Assembly: GCF_006345805.1 (NCBI RefSeq)
Contig: NC_043021.1
Coordinates: 7,068,001-7,132,000, forward strand
DNA from: Octopus sinensis
Taxonomy: Eukaryota
Length of the DNA: 64,000 bases
Direction: 5' to 3'
Below, piece by piece: positions 24,684 to 37,747 of the stretch. The notes below the pieces were generated by a model that made no database searches, had not been told where the DNA came from, and saw nothing but the letters and a program-made list of their open reading frames with translations. Every line of letters starts with the position of its first letter. The first letter of the stretch is position 1. A program made the position numbers and the translations under genes.

Positions 24684-24854
24684 CTATATATATGCATGTT
24701 TTAAATTTTTTTTATCAGTGGAGTTCCGTGCATGGCACTTAGCAAACTGGCAATTTGACTCTTGGCTCTTGAATCACTTTTGTAACTTTCTGCTGAGGAA
24801 AAATGAAAGAAAAAATGTATATACTCATGTGAGTTACTTGGTTACCCTGCCAAT

Positions 24855-25145
24855 GCTGGTGCCATGTTAAAAGCATCTAGTCCACACTGTAATGTGGTTG
24901 GTGTCTGGAAGGGCATCCAGCTGTAAAAATCTTGCCAAAACTAACTTTGCCTGTGCTAGTGCCATGTAAAAATCACCGAGTCCACTCTGTGGAGTGGTTG
25001 GTGTTAGGAAGGGCATCCGGCTGTAAAATCCCTGCCAAAACAGACACAGTAGCCTCGAGTAGGTTTTCTACCTGGAGGCTCCTGTCAACTGTCCTACCAT
25101 TCATGCATGGAAGATGGATGTTAAACAATGATAATGACAATGATG
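24855..25145 (+). mobile_element. Family C retroposon with 100-bp internal duplication
   Basis: gtgccatg...ggaagggcatcc..ctgtaaaa occurs at 24859 and 24959; (ATG/ACA) tail. Confidence 0.75.
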
Positions 25146-25608
25146 ATAAAATGTGAAACTTTTGTAAAAGTTTTTCAGCTTTAACAAAAGCATATTACTC
25201 TACCTTTGGGATTCAAGTATTATTTTCTTCCCCACTTTCTTTTTCATTTATGTACTTTCTTGTGTGTGTGTGTGTGCATGTACGCAATTAATACAAATTT
25301 CTTTCTTTCTAAGTAGAATTCATCAGAGCATTCATATATATCTTAGTAAACATCCTCAATGAAGCATAATTTAACTGGTACTGCTAGATTTAACATCATT
25401 TCATATAAATATATAGAATTTTAGTGAATCAGCACCAAGTGGCGTGACATTTTAAAAGAAAGACTGCAGGTAGGTCATACCCAAGTATGTCATCTTCATG
25501 AGAAATAAACTGTAAGGTGGGTACAACAAGGGTGGGGTTGTCAATGTTAATTATGGGTGGAAGTGACAATGGTACGAATGAGGGGTGTCAATAGGAAAGT
25601 GTGTGTGT

Positions 25609-25650
<42 letters not shown>

Positions 25651-25656
25651 CTAGGA

Positions 25657-25875
25657 CAGTGGTTTTCAACCAGATTTCCGCGGAACCTTAGGGTCCCACC
25701 AGTACAGTCCAGGGGTTCCGCAAGAAGTTACAAAACTGCAAAAATCGGCAGTAATTTTTAAGTCTCCTGTGCAGATATGTGTGCATAAGACTATTAAATT
25801 ATTGCACAGGGGTTCCTCGAGCCAGTGGAATATTTCCTTGGGGTTCCGCTCCAGCAAAAAGTTTGAAAAGCACTG
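25657..25875. mobile_element. hAT (Charlie-like) MITE
   Basis: cagtggttttcaac...tttgaaaagcactg with perfect 8-bp TSD atctagga (25649-25656 / 25876-25883). Confidence 0.92.
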
Positions 25876-26514
25876 ATCTAGGATGTATAATCTCAGCTAA
25901 TATTAGAATTAATTTCACTTATGAAACCATTTTCTGTTTTATCAAAGAGACATTATTAAATTTAATTGTTAAGTGGAAGGAGAGGAGAAGGAGGAGATTG
26001 GTCATCTTGTTATGGTGTTTGTAATACTGAGTGGGAGTGGGGTGGTATGTCATTTCTTTTATTGTAATATTTTATCTTGTTGCATGACAACCAACTGGGT
26101 TTGTACAAGATAAACTAATACAAAACACATGTAAAAGTTTCACAGTGTTATCTCTTGAAATGCAAGCCTTCTTTCTCTCTGAGCTTAATATAGTTGTAAC
26201 TTCAAGAGCTGAGCTGATCTTTATTTAATATTGTAGACCATATGGAGTTAAACACTATAAGGACTTAGTATCTCATGCTAAAATTGAAATTGGTTTGTTT
26301 ATCTTATTACTCAGTTCTTCTTCACTTTCCTGCCTGTTGGGATTGTCTTAGCTAACCTAACTTTGTTGTCCCCCTCTCATCTGCCTATATCTAGTTACCC
26401 CTTTTCTGAACCAAGTGTTAATTTATAGATCAAGACAGATCAATTTTCTACCTTTGTTAACTCACCCTCAGGTGTTTGTATCCACTTAACCCCTTGTACT
26501 TAAATTGTCATTAA

Positions 26515-26955
26515 CCCTTTAGCATTTAAACCAGCCATATCTGGCCCAAATATTCTCTGTTTCATGTTCAAACCACCCAGATCTGGCTTCTCGCACTTAT
26601 CCAACAATGTCATTCTAAAAATATGAAGAGATGCTGAAAAGTTCCTGGTTTTAAGGGTATCACAAAAGGCTTGGTTGGAGGCCCAACCTTCTGAGTTCTT
26701 TTACAGGGCTTAGGCAAAATCGAAGGACTACTGCAATATGCGTGTGAATCTGAAAGGGGAATATGTTGAATAGAATCATAATTAACTGATTCTCCTGTAA
26801 TTTCTTTTACCCAAAGCCAGGAACTTTTCAGCACCTCTTTGTAAACAATCACTTCATCAGAATCTTGAAGAAGCTATGAGATAAGGCATGATTAATTCAA
26901 AGCAGTATAAATATAAAAGCATTACATTTGACAGAGTAATCTGAATGCTAATGGG
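26515..26955. mobile_element. piggyBac-like MITE (host of a nested mariner MITE)
   Basis: TTAA|ccctttagcatt...gaatgctaatggg|TTAA. Confidence 0.88.
26624..26841. mobile_element. Tc1/mariner-like MITE
   Basis: TA|tgaagagatgctgaaaagttcctgg...ccaggaacttttcagcacctctttg|TA. Confidence 0.85.
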
Positions 26956-27397
26956 TTAATTTACTGTAAACAAATGATATTTTCATTTTGATCCTTTTGA
27001 CTTTCACCTTATCACCTTCTCAAGAATGGCTTTTATCTTCCAAGGTGGGAGTGTGGGAATCAGCTAAGTATGCCCCCCCCCCAGCAACAGGGATGATCAA
27101 AACTCTGTTGGCCCATCAGATTCTGCAGAGTGTAATAGTGACAACGAGAACTCTGATTATTGCTTAGCCCAAGTCATTCCTCATCAAGCAGACCAATAAT
27201 TGAAGGCTGTCTAGAAGTGACCATCTTGCTAGGGTTGACTTTGGGCTAAATATCAACAGAAAGACAGGCTGAAAACAGCAAAAGTAAAATGTGTTTGTTA
27301 CTCCTTGATGTGCCTTGTGATTTTCTTCCTTTTACTCCCTTGGTACAATAAATAGTTTTTCAGTTAAATTTAGTTTCATGCAGAACAGTTGCAGCAA

Positions 27398-27434
<37 letters not shown>

Positions 27435-27784
27435 CACTATCAACCAGACCATCAGATGTTGTACACCACTGGTCACAATGCACTTCCAATTTTGTCTTAA
27501 TAGCACCATTCTTTTTGGTATCTGAAGTCATGAGCAGACATAGACGCTTTCTCAGTCATCCTACCCTTGACCCAGCAGAACATTGAGGGTATGACATCTT
27601 GAGGGAAAGAGGGCTGCACTTGCAGTTGGCTGGTACTCATTTTCAACTCAGTAGACTGAAGCAAAGGGAAATGCTGTGCTTTGCTCAAAAACACAATCTG
27701 GTTCAGGAATTCAGCTGTTGATTTTGCAGTCATGAGCCAAATACCTTAACTACCAGGCTGCATGCTTTTATCAGAATGTTATAT

Positions 27785-28135
27785 ATCATCATCATCATTT
27801 AGCGTCCGCTTTCCATGCTAGCATGGGTTGGACGGTTCAACTGGGGTCTGGGAAGCCAGAAGGCTGCACCAGGCCCAGTCTGATCTGGCAATGTTTCTAC
27901 GGCTGGATGCCCTTCCTAACGCCTACCGCTCTGTGAGTGTAGTGTGTGCTTTTTATGTGCCACCGGCACAGGTGTCAGATGGGGCTGGCAAACGGCCACG
28001 GTCAGATGGTGCTTTTTACGTGCCACTGGCATGGAGGCCAGGCGAGGCTGGCAACGGCCACATTCGGATGGTTCGCTTACGTTCCACCAGCACTGGTATC
28101 ACAGCTGCAGTTTCCATTGATGTTGATCGATTTCG

Positions 28136-28140
<5 letters not shown>
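27785..28140 (-). mobile_element. Family C retroposon with internal tandem units
   Basis: Collinear with 20530-20935. Confidence 0.9.
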
Positions 28141-28177
<37 letters not shown>

Positions 28178-28775
28178 GTGCATGTGCATGCATTAATGCA
28201 TTTGTTTTGCATGATTCTTAATGTGAAATCATGTGTTGGGGAGGGTCATATCTTACAAATTAATGGCAAAATATGACGACCATTCTGAAGTATAACAACA
28301 TTCACACACACACACGCACACACAGACAGAGTTGCAGATGTGGTTTACCAACCTACATGGTTTCAAGTTCAATCCTTGGGCAGTTGTCTTCTACTATAGC
28401 TCCAAGGCTGACCAAAGTCTTTTGAATGGATTTGGAAGATGAAAACTGAAGGGAGTCTGTTTGTATGTGTGCCCGAGTGAAAAATAATATTGACCTATTT
28501 TATTTATATATTATTCATATTTCATTTTATTTTGTTATTTTTCCTTTATTTCTCACTGATTAAATTACTAATTACTACCTAATAATTTAGCTACACCTAC
28601 TTCCTTCTTGGAAAGCTGTCAACAAAACAACTGGGATGGTCATCATTGTTGATCAGGACTTATCTAGAACTAAACAACTACCCAGATTTATGTAACATGG
28701 CACACACCCTTCTTGATATATACATCTACCTAACTACATTCGCCATTCACACTCCAATTCTCTACTCTTGTTAGC

Positions 28776-28813
<38 letters not shown>

Positions 28814-28823
28814 CACACACGCA

Positions 28824-29039
28824 TGAGGGCAGGGTGCTGAAAAGTTCCTGGCTTTGAGTGAAAGAAAATACAGGTGGATCATTATATTATACAACTTATT
28901 CTTCCTCTCAGATTTACCCACTTATATTAGCAGTCTTTCAGTTTTTCTAAGCCTTGTAAAAAAAAAAAAAAAAAAAAAGGAAAGCTGGGCTTCCAACCAG
29001 GCCTTTCGTTAGACCCTTAAAACCAGATACTTTTCATCA

Positions 29040-29047
<8 letters not shown>
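28824..29047. mobile_element. Tc1/mariner-like MITE, same family as 26624 in opposite orientation
   Basis: gagggcagggtgctgaaaagttcctggc...ccagatacttttcatcacccctcg. Confidence 0.85.
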
Positions 29048-29072
<25 letters not shown>

Positions 29073-29613
29073 ATCATTGTTAGCTAACTGTAGGTCTCAT
29101 AGCCCTCAGTTAGTTATCTATAGGCCTATAGCTTTTCAGTTACTGTCTATACACCATAGCCCTCTTTTAGCTTGGCTGTATGGTGTACTTTTGTTAGCTG
29201 TATAGTATATCCTGTTAGATAGACTATATGTAATTTGCAATTAGTCATCTCTATCTACCTGATATCTAGACAGAAGCCCTCCAAAATTCTATATTACATC
29301 ATACAAGAGTGTGTGTGTGTGCACATGCACACACATACACACATGCACGCACGCACGCACTATTGTGTCTGTCTCTACAGCGATGTGTCATGACCTATTT
29401 TATTTATGTTGAAGGTGGGGTGAGCTGTTCCCATACCTTGTACCTACTCTCCCTGTCTCTCGTACATTCTAGAACCCCTTTCCCCGTTATTAATGAACTA
29501 TTGCATTAGAATACATGCATTCTAAAGCAGTCTGATACGTTCTAACCCTTTCCCCACCCACATTCTGAAGCACACACATTCATTCACAAGAACATGTATG
29601 CAAATGCATGTGT

Positions 29614-29668
<55 letters not shown>

Positions 29669-29673
<5 letters not shown>

Positions 29674-30282
29674 GCACAGTCCTTCACACACATACTTTCT
29701 GAAGCACATACCCACACGCACTTCTAAAGCATGCACGTAGATATTTTAAAGCATGCACGCATATTATAAAGGAAGGCGGCGAGCTGGCAGACTCGTTAGC
29801 ACACTGGGCGAAATGCATAGCAGTGTTTCATCTGCCGTTACGTTCTGAGTTCAAATTCCGCCGAGGTCGACTTTGCCTTTCATCCTTTCGGGGTCGATAA
29901 ATTAAGTACCAGTTACGCCCTGGGGTCGATGTAATCGACATAATCCGTTTGTCCCCTCTGTGTTTAGCCCCTTGTGGGCAGTAGTGAAATACATATTATA
30001 AAGAAGTCTACGTGTGCCTTCTGAAAAGTATCAACCTTCCAGGACTGTAAGAGCCAAACTTTGACGCGTGTCAGTAGTGATATGCAATGGGTTTTGGGTG
30101 ACAGACTGTGGTCCTGGAGAGAGAACAAGCATGGAAAGGAAAAGAACCATCCTGTAATAAAATACATGGATACGTACAAGTGATGCTCCAATTACATCAC
30201 TTATATATCTATGTGCATGCTTTAGAAGTGCGTGTGGGTATGTGCTTCAGAAAGTATGTGTGTGAAGGACTGTGCTTTATAG
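29669..30282. repeat. Local inverted duplication (arms 29669-29744 and 30205-30282)
   Basis: ctaaagcacagtccttcacacacatactttctgaagcacatacccacacgcacttctaaagcatgcacgtagatat is the reverse complement of 30205-30282 except for 1 mismatch and a 2-bp indel. Flanking (CA)n/(TG)n tracts extend the pairing. Confidence 0.93.
29772..29991 (+). mobile_element. Young family A SINE (long-tail) with 12-bp TSD
   Basis: TSD catattataaag (29760-29771 / 29992-30003). Confidence 0.95.
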
Positions 30283-30343
30283 TGTGTGTGTGTGTGTGTG
30301 TGTGTACATGTTCGTGTGTGTGTGTGTGTGTGTGTGTGTGTAC

Positions 30344-30670
30344 CAGTTTGCTGGACATTGTTGTAGAGCTGAAAACGAGGCAATTTCTACTCTTCTCCTC
30401 TGGAAGCCATCTACCCGCAATACCAGAGGGTGCACACTCTCCGACCCTGATGTAATCTCCAGCTGAAAAAGAGGTAATTTCTACTCTTCTCCTCTGGAAG
30501 CCATCTACCCGCAATACCAGAGGGCGCATACTCTCCTACCCTGATGTAATCTCCAGGGATACAGGCATCCAGCAACAGGACCTCCGTAATGCTATGATGG
30601 ACCGTGAAGTCTGGTGTAGCATGGTAAATTCCATTGTCTCGACCACGGTCGAACAATGATGATGATGATG
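30344..30670 (+). mobile_element. RTE-type LINE 3' end with 94-bp internal tandem duplication
   Basis: FAGHCCRAENEAISTLLLWKPSTRNTRG..LSYPDVISRDTGIQQQDLRNAMMDREVWCSMVNSIVSTTVEQ* followed by an (ATG)n tail; duplicated units start at 30367 and 30461. Confidence 0.88.
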
Positions 30671-30783
30671 GTGATTAAAGATATGAAAATTTTGAATAAC
30701 AAGCACATAAAGAAAACAATAATCCTGCAATAGAATACTTGTCTACTTGTAAGTGATACTTCAATTACATCACTTACATGTAT

Positions 30784-31175
30784 ACTCTTTTACTTGTTTC
30801 AGTCATTTGACTGTGGCCATGCTGGAGCACTGCCTTTAGTCGAGCAAATTGACTCCAGGACTTATTCTTTGTAAGCCCAGTACTTATTCTATCGATCTCT
30901 TTTGCCGAACCACTAAGTAACGGGGACGTAAACACACCAGCATCGGTTGTCAAGCAATGCTAGGGGGACAAACACAGACACACAAACACATATACATATA
31001 TATACATATATACGACAGGCTTCTTTCAGTTTCCGTCTACCAAATCCATTCACAAGGCATTGGTCGGCCCGGGGCTATAGCAGAAGACACTTGCCCAAGA
31101 TGCCACACAGTGGGACTGAACCCGGAACCATGTGGTTGGTTAGCAAGCTACTTACCACACAGCCACTCCTGCGCC
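30784..31175 (-). mobile_element. Family B SINE, full length, young
   Basis: Collinear with 24345-24683; many CpGs retained. Confidence 0.93.
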
Positions 31176-31254
31176 TTGAGAGTATGTATTTTATTAAAGA
31201 AATTTCAATTTTGACATGCTAGGCTAAAAAGAACTGCAGGATCAATAAAGTGTT

Positions 31255-31790
31255 TACAGTGACAGATATTAAGCAATGTATCAGTGAGACCTGGGCAGCC
31301 CTTACAATTCTCCATGTAATATGGAAATCTAAGCTCTTGGAGAATCTATAAAAGAACTTCAGGTAGAGGAGTAAAAGTAAGGATAGGCAAGTTAAAAGAG
31401 CCCCTGCACAGTGTTTGAGTCTGTGTTACTTTATGGATCTTCAACCTGGACACTAAGCAGAAGGCTTGGAACTTTGCTGGTTGACATCTACACATGCATG
31501 CTTCATGCTGTTTTGTATGTCTTAGAATATTTCCACAAAAACAAACAAACAGAAAATATATTCTCCAACTAGCTTCCCAAGGTATCATACACCCTCAAGC
31601 AAAAAAGAGATTGTTTTGCTGGACATTGCTGAAGAAGTAAGGAAGGGTTGGTTAGTGACACCCTACTTTGGATTCCTTGAAATAATCTTGCTCACATTGT
31701 GACTCGGGAAAAACATATCAGTAAATTAACAGATGACATTAGATGTTGCTGAAGGGAACTTTCATATGTCATAAAGAGATGGAGGTGGAT
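31255..31790 (+). mobile_element. Old RTE-type LINE fragment
   Basis: TDIKQCISETWAALTILHVIWKSKL...ESVLLYGSSTWTLS...DIYTCMLHAVL...FAGHC*RSKEGLVSDTLLWIP, frameshifted. Confidence 0.7.
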
Positions 31791-31994
31791 GGAGCATCAG
31801 AGACATTTGATTCAAAACAATCTCAACCTAATGGTGATGACAATGACTGTTTTCATTCTTGGTGTCATTGTCTTGTCCTAATATGGCACAGTTTATTGCT
31901 GACAGAGGGACATCACACACATGGATGATGGTCATTCCACTTTGTTCTCCCTCTATTTATGTATCTGTCTAGTGATTCATGGAATTACATCTTT

Positions 31995-32290
31995 CATCTG
32001 CAGGTTTGGCTATGTGGTTAGGAAGCTCACTTTGCCATGTGGTTTTGGGTTCAATCCCACTGTGTGGCACTTTGGTCAAGTGTTTTCTATTATAGCCCTC
32101 AGGCCAGACAATGCCTTGTGAGTGAGTTTGGTGGACTTTTGTATGTGTGTATGTATGTATGTATGTATGTGTGTGTGTCTGTGTTGTTCCCCCCACTGCT
32201 TGATAACTGGTGTAAGTTTGTTATGTCCCTGTAACTTAACAGTCCTGCAAAAGAGGCTAGTAGCTTTGGTACTTGGGTGTTGTCTTCCAC
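31995..32290 (+). mobile_element. Family B SINE, older
   Basis: ggctatgtggttaggaagctcac...gggttcaatcccactgtgtggcactttggtcaagtgttttctattatagcc. Confidence 0.85.
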
Positions 32291-33164
32291 CTTAAGTTAA
32301 CATCCAACCGCCAAAGCTTATAATTTACAGAAAGAGATCCTGTGAGACCTCTGGTAACAGCTTGTCTGCTCTCACAGGATCAACAAGAGCAAATAAGACC
32401 AAGAGCTCTGAGAAGTAAAATAGTAAAAATGATAATTTTCTAACAGAAGCAGAAGGTTTGAAGTTTTGGTGGAAGAAGTTCAGCTTACTAAATCACACCT
32501 AGTTCTTGACAGGTATTTTATCTTATCGACACCTGAGGGATGATAGATACAGCTGACCTTAACAAGTGTTGAACTCAGAATGTAAAGAACTGGAAAAGAT
32601 ATGGCGAGGCATTTTGTTTGACGGTTGTAATGATTCTACAAAGACTTAGATACAAGTTTGCTGATTAGGTGGGATGAAACAGTTGATATAAATCATCCCA
32701 GTACATGACAAACACTTTATTTTATTGCTCCTATAACATTGGAGAGTAAAGTTAACCACGGTGAGATTTGAACTTGGAAACATAGAGGGACATCATTAAA
32801 TCATTGTAAGGCAGCACAGGATGTTGGCTGTCATATATCACTTTACCTATTCTGCCAATAATAATCAAACCTGTCACTACTTTATTTTAGTCAAATCTAA
32901 CTGCTGCTACTGCTGCCACTAGCAATGCCATCTCCAACACCACTGCTACTACTGCTACTACTACTAATACTAACTGTTGCGCTTTAGTTATTCCCGTGTG
33001 TTCCAGCTTTCTCTTCATCATTCCAATACATGAATAGACAAGAGAAATAATTTACACACTCTTTCTCTCTCTCCTCTCTCTCTCTCACTCACTCTTTTCT
33101 TCTCTCCTGTTTTCTTCTTGTTGAAAAGAAAAAGAATAAACTGGACATATGTTAAAGGTTTCCT

Positions 33165-33510
33165 TGTGCTCTCTCCCTTTTTCTCTCTCTCTCTCTCTCC
33201 CTTCCTCTCTCTTTCTGTCCTTTTCTCCATCTTTTCTCTGTCTTTCTTTCTCTCTGTCTTTCTCTGTCTTTCTCTGCCTCTCTGTTTTTTTTTCTGTCTG
33301 TCTGTCTCACTTTCTCTGTCTCACTTTCTCTGTCTCTCTTTCTCTGTCTCTGTCTCTCTGTCTCTGTCTCTCTTTCTCTGTCTCTGTCTGTCTCTGTCTC
33401 TCTTTCTCTGTCTCAGTCTCTCTTTCTCTGTCTCTCTTTCTCTGTCTCTCTTTCTCTGTCTCTGTCTCACTTTCTCTGTCTCTGTCTCTCTTTCTCTGTC
33501 TCTGTCTGTC
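33165..33510. repeat. Compound (CT)/(CTGT) poly-pyrimidine tract
   Basis: About 345 bp almost devoid of A on the plus strand; units like tctctttctctgtctctg. Confidence 0.95.
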
Positions 33511-33575
33511 TATTACTGATGTTTCAGACTATTTCAGGGTGGAGAGAGGAGTGACAGCAGCAGCAGATTAGCATG

Positions 33576-33608
<33 letters not shown>

Positions 33609-33759
33609 ACTCTGCTAAGGCTTACTTATCTTCCTATCTGCTACATACATATTCCGTATTATTATTATTTATTTTTTTAAAATTTTGGTGAGGGATGTTC
33701 CTCTTCACCGATTTCTCTCTGAACATTTCCCCCAGTTTCCTTAGTTACTCTCTCTCTCT

Positions 33760-33798
<39 letters not shown>

Positions 33799-34021
33799 GC
33801 CAGTCACTAGTTCCATCAGTTGCTGCCGCTACTAATGCTACTATAATAGTAAATTAGCAGTTCTTCATTGTCAATGTAGTTGATACACACTTTGTCTGGA
33901 TTCAGTCCATAAATCTAAATGGAAAAGTTAATATAGAAATTTTAGCAGATATTGGCATTTTCCACCCAGCTTCTTATGTCTACTGATGTATGTCCATTAT
34001 ATATGTGTGTGTATAATGTAT

Positions 34022-34065
<44 letters not shown>

Positions 34066-34126
34066 AAACATACAAATACACATACATATATATATAAAAT
34101 ACACACACACACAACATAGAGGGACA

Positions 34127-34180
<54 letters not shown>

Positions 34181-34676
34181 GAGGAATTGGGGGCCTTCTG
34201 TGTTTGTCTTCCATCTGTTTGTGTACTCTATTACTCTATGCGTTGTATGTTTTTTTCTACTTGTCGTTTGTGTATTTGCAATGCATATATATATACATAT
34301 ATAAACTGATAGGTTAGACTGTCTTGTGGTATCCATTCAAGCTGTTTGTGTGTACTCTGCGTTTGAATCCTGCTGAGGTCAAGTTACCCTTTGTTCGTCT
34401 CTGGAGGGATCAATACTGTACTATTTCAATATTGGGTAAATCTCCAACCTTCCAATGTTCTTTGGAAGAAATCATCTGTTGTCTGACACATAGAGTAAAT
34501 GACTTCTGCCTCGTTTAGATGCTCACAACAAGCTGTGTATCACAGCAGCACTCGTATAACTCTGTCAGGATTTGCAGACTGACAGACAGGAAGGATGTCA
34601 TCATCATCACCATCGTCATCAGCACTATCCATTCTTTTTTTTTTTTTCCATGCTGGTATGGATTAATGGGTTAGAT

Positions 34677-35412
34677 CAGTAGTTCTCAACTGGGGTCCAC
34701 ATGGCCCTTGGTGGGGTCCTTTAAGTCGAAGAAAGTGATCCCAGGATTGATTCTTTGTAAGCCTGGTACTTATTCTATCAGTCTCATTTTCCAAACAGCT
34801 AAGCTACAGGGATGTAAACACACCGACATTGGTTGTCAAGTGATGGTGGTGGGGACCAACACAAGTACAAATATATATATATACATAAATATATACACAC
34901 AAATATATACATATATTTTTTTAGTTAAAGAAAGCGAACTCAAAACTGATTCTTTGGAAGCCTTGTACTTACTCTATCAATCCATTTTGCTGATTGAATA
35001 TATATATATACTCATACACACACACATACATACACACGATGGTCTTCTTTCAGTTTCTGTCTATTAAATCCACTCACAAGGTTTTTGTCAGTTTGAGGCT
35101 ATAGTAGAAGACACTTGCCCAAGGTGCCACGGAGTGGGACTGAACTCAGAACCATATGGTTGGGAAGCAAACTTCTTTACCACATAGCCATGTGGTAAGC
35201 TTATGTGTAACCAATAAATTGGTTATACTTCTACTCTACTCAAAATATTTCAACAATTTTTTAATACAGTTCCTAATAATATTTAATTATCAAAAATATA
35301 ATGGGATTTTTTTTAGCAGTGAATGTCTACAGTGGGGACCAGTAGAGTAAAATAGGAATCAAAGAAGGTCCATAAGCAAATAAAAAAAAAAAAACGTTTG
35401 TGAACAACTCAG
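34677..35412. mobile_element. hAT MITE (same family as 2562) interrupted by a family B SINE (~34730-35190, minus strand)
   Basis: Left end cagtagttctcaactggggtcc; right end aatcaaagaaggtccataag...tttgtgaacaactc resembles 2830-2876. The flanks share ggttaga. Confidence 0.6.
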
Positions 35413-35786
35413 GTTAGAAATAACTTGTTGAAATAAATTTGTTAGCCTGAAACAAATCACATATTTTTTACCTGTCACCAAACCGTATCTGCTTCCCTTC
35501 AAGTAGAGTATTTTCATTTCATTGATCTTATGTTGATAGTGATGGAACTTTTGAACTACAAGACTTTTAGTTACTGGAGAATGTAAACAAAGACTCAAGT
35601 TTCGCTCAAGTGCTGTTAATGAATGAGGATATATGGAAATGACACGCACAACAGGCTTTTTCTCAATTTTTGTCTGCTAATCCCTCTAAGGTGCTTGTCA
35701 GTTTAAGGTTATATCACAAAAGATGCTATGCAGTGGAACTGAATCTGAAGCCATGTGGGACTGGACACAGAAATCTCATGATTTTG

Positions 35787-36000
35787 AAGGCAGTGAGCTG
35801 GCAGAATTGCTAGCATGCCAGGTGAAATGCTTGTTGGTATTTCACCTGCCGCTATGTTCTGAGTTCAAATTCTGCTGAGGTTGACTTTGCCTTTCCTCCT
35901 TTCAGGGTCGATAAATTAAGTACCAGTGAAACACTGGTGTTGATGTAATTGACCTGTCCCCCCACCCCAAATTTCAGGCCTTGTACCTACAGTAGAAAGG

Positions 36001-36042
<42 letters not shown>

Positions 36043-36054
36043 TTTTTTTTTTTA

Positions 36055-36105
<51 letters not shown>

Positions 36106-36106
36106 T
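35787..36106 (+). mobile_element. Family A SINE (agaaagg tail) followed by a long (TTA)n tract
   Basis: gaaggcagtgagctggcagaa...aaatttcaggccttgtacctacagtagaaaggattattatt. Confidence 0.92.
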
Positions 36107-36444
36107 CTCAAAATAACACACTCTGCCATCAAACCTGTTGAGCAGTGTTTTCATTTACAGATATTTTAGTTCTCTGAGTAAGGATACCTGAACTATAACC
36201 ACCACCACTTTGTGTGTCAGTATTTGAGTGCTGCTGGTGTCAAGAAGGTGGACTCTTTGGTCTTGCCATACTGGTGTATGTCTTTGTAATCTTTGGAATC
36301 TATGAGAAAAAGCAGTACATCTTATTTTAGTTCAGAAGTTCGGATCATGCTCAAATAGCGCATTGACAACAGTTACCACCAAACACACACACACACACTT
36401 GTACATGCGCAGCTCTTCTGATCTGTTTGTCCTCTGCCCATCAT

Positions 36445-37668
36445 CAAATGTCTTGTTCTAGATATCATTCATAGACTGCACACGACCACCAATACAGACT
36501 TCATTCACGATGTTCAGGTTATTCCCACAGCTATTTCCGACCACAAAAAGAGCAACACACAAACACAAATAACATCAAACATGACTTACTTCGCATAAAC
36601 TTGAATTTCAGGAAGGCCAAGTGGGAGGAAATTGAAACTGAAATCCTCAAAACAAATTGGTCTCAGCATATTGGCAACCCCAGTGTTAACAAGGAAATGA
36701 AGTTTCTGTATGAAGAGTTAATCAGGATCTGTTGAAAGCATGCCCCATATAAACATACCCATTCTTGAAAACACTCGATTTTGCAATACAGGCAGATACT
36801 AATGTGTAACAAAACCAAACCAACAAAACAACTCAAAAACCAAACTTGAGGAAAAAAATTGAGATTGACAAAAAAAAAAAAAAGAGCATCCAACTGGTTC
36901 TAAAACTATCTCATGAAAAAGAAACTTTGCTAATGGAACAACGAGCAGTGTAAAATATAAAATCTATTTCTATGTTCTTTTTCCATTTCGCTAAACAAAA
37001 TCAGCTACACATAACCAGATTGACTCTCTAATGGATCAAAATGGATCATATACAAATTACTCATCACAAATATGCAACATTCTTAAGTTGATATTGTGAC
37101 ATTGCATTTTCCCAACCCATAGCTAACGAAATAATATGTGAACCAAATGAATTCTTTGATCCCTCAGAACTCAACTACAGAGACACAGCTAAAAATTAAT
37201 GATGCAACAGAAGATGATATACTTACAGCTAATGACCTAGATTCAAATTCAGCATCTGGACCAGATGGTCTCTAAGTCATACTGCTAAAAACGTGCAAAA
37301 ATAGCCTTGTGAAATCATTTAAGATACTATTTCAAAAGTCCCTAGATTCCAGCAAATTCACAGAACTACTGAAAGACACAATAGTAACACCTGTACACAA
37401 TGGAGTGCAGCAGGGCTGAAGCTAAAAATTACAGACCTGTTTCTTTCACATCTCACATGTCTCAAATTATCAAATGCATTGTCCGAAATAGAATTCTTAC
37501 ATACCTTGTGGAAAACAAGCTCGTAGATGACGTACAGCATGGTTTTTGAACTGGATGAAGTTGCCTTTCACAACTATTACAACACCATAGCACTATTCTT
37601 AATAATTTCTTGAGAGGGAAGGACACTGACTGTATATACTTTGATTTTGTTAAGGCATTTGACAAGAT
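36445..37668 (+). mobile_element. CR1-like LINE ORF2 fragment (endonuclease end to RT motif 3)
   Basis: TDFIHDVQVIPTAISDH; NFRKAKWEEI; DLDSNSASGPDG; KNYRPVSFTSH; DVQHGF*TG*SCLSQLL; DCIYFDFVKAFDK. Contains stops and frameshifts. Confidence 0.9.
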
Positions 37669-37745
<77 letters not shown>

Positions 37746-37747
37746 CG

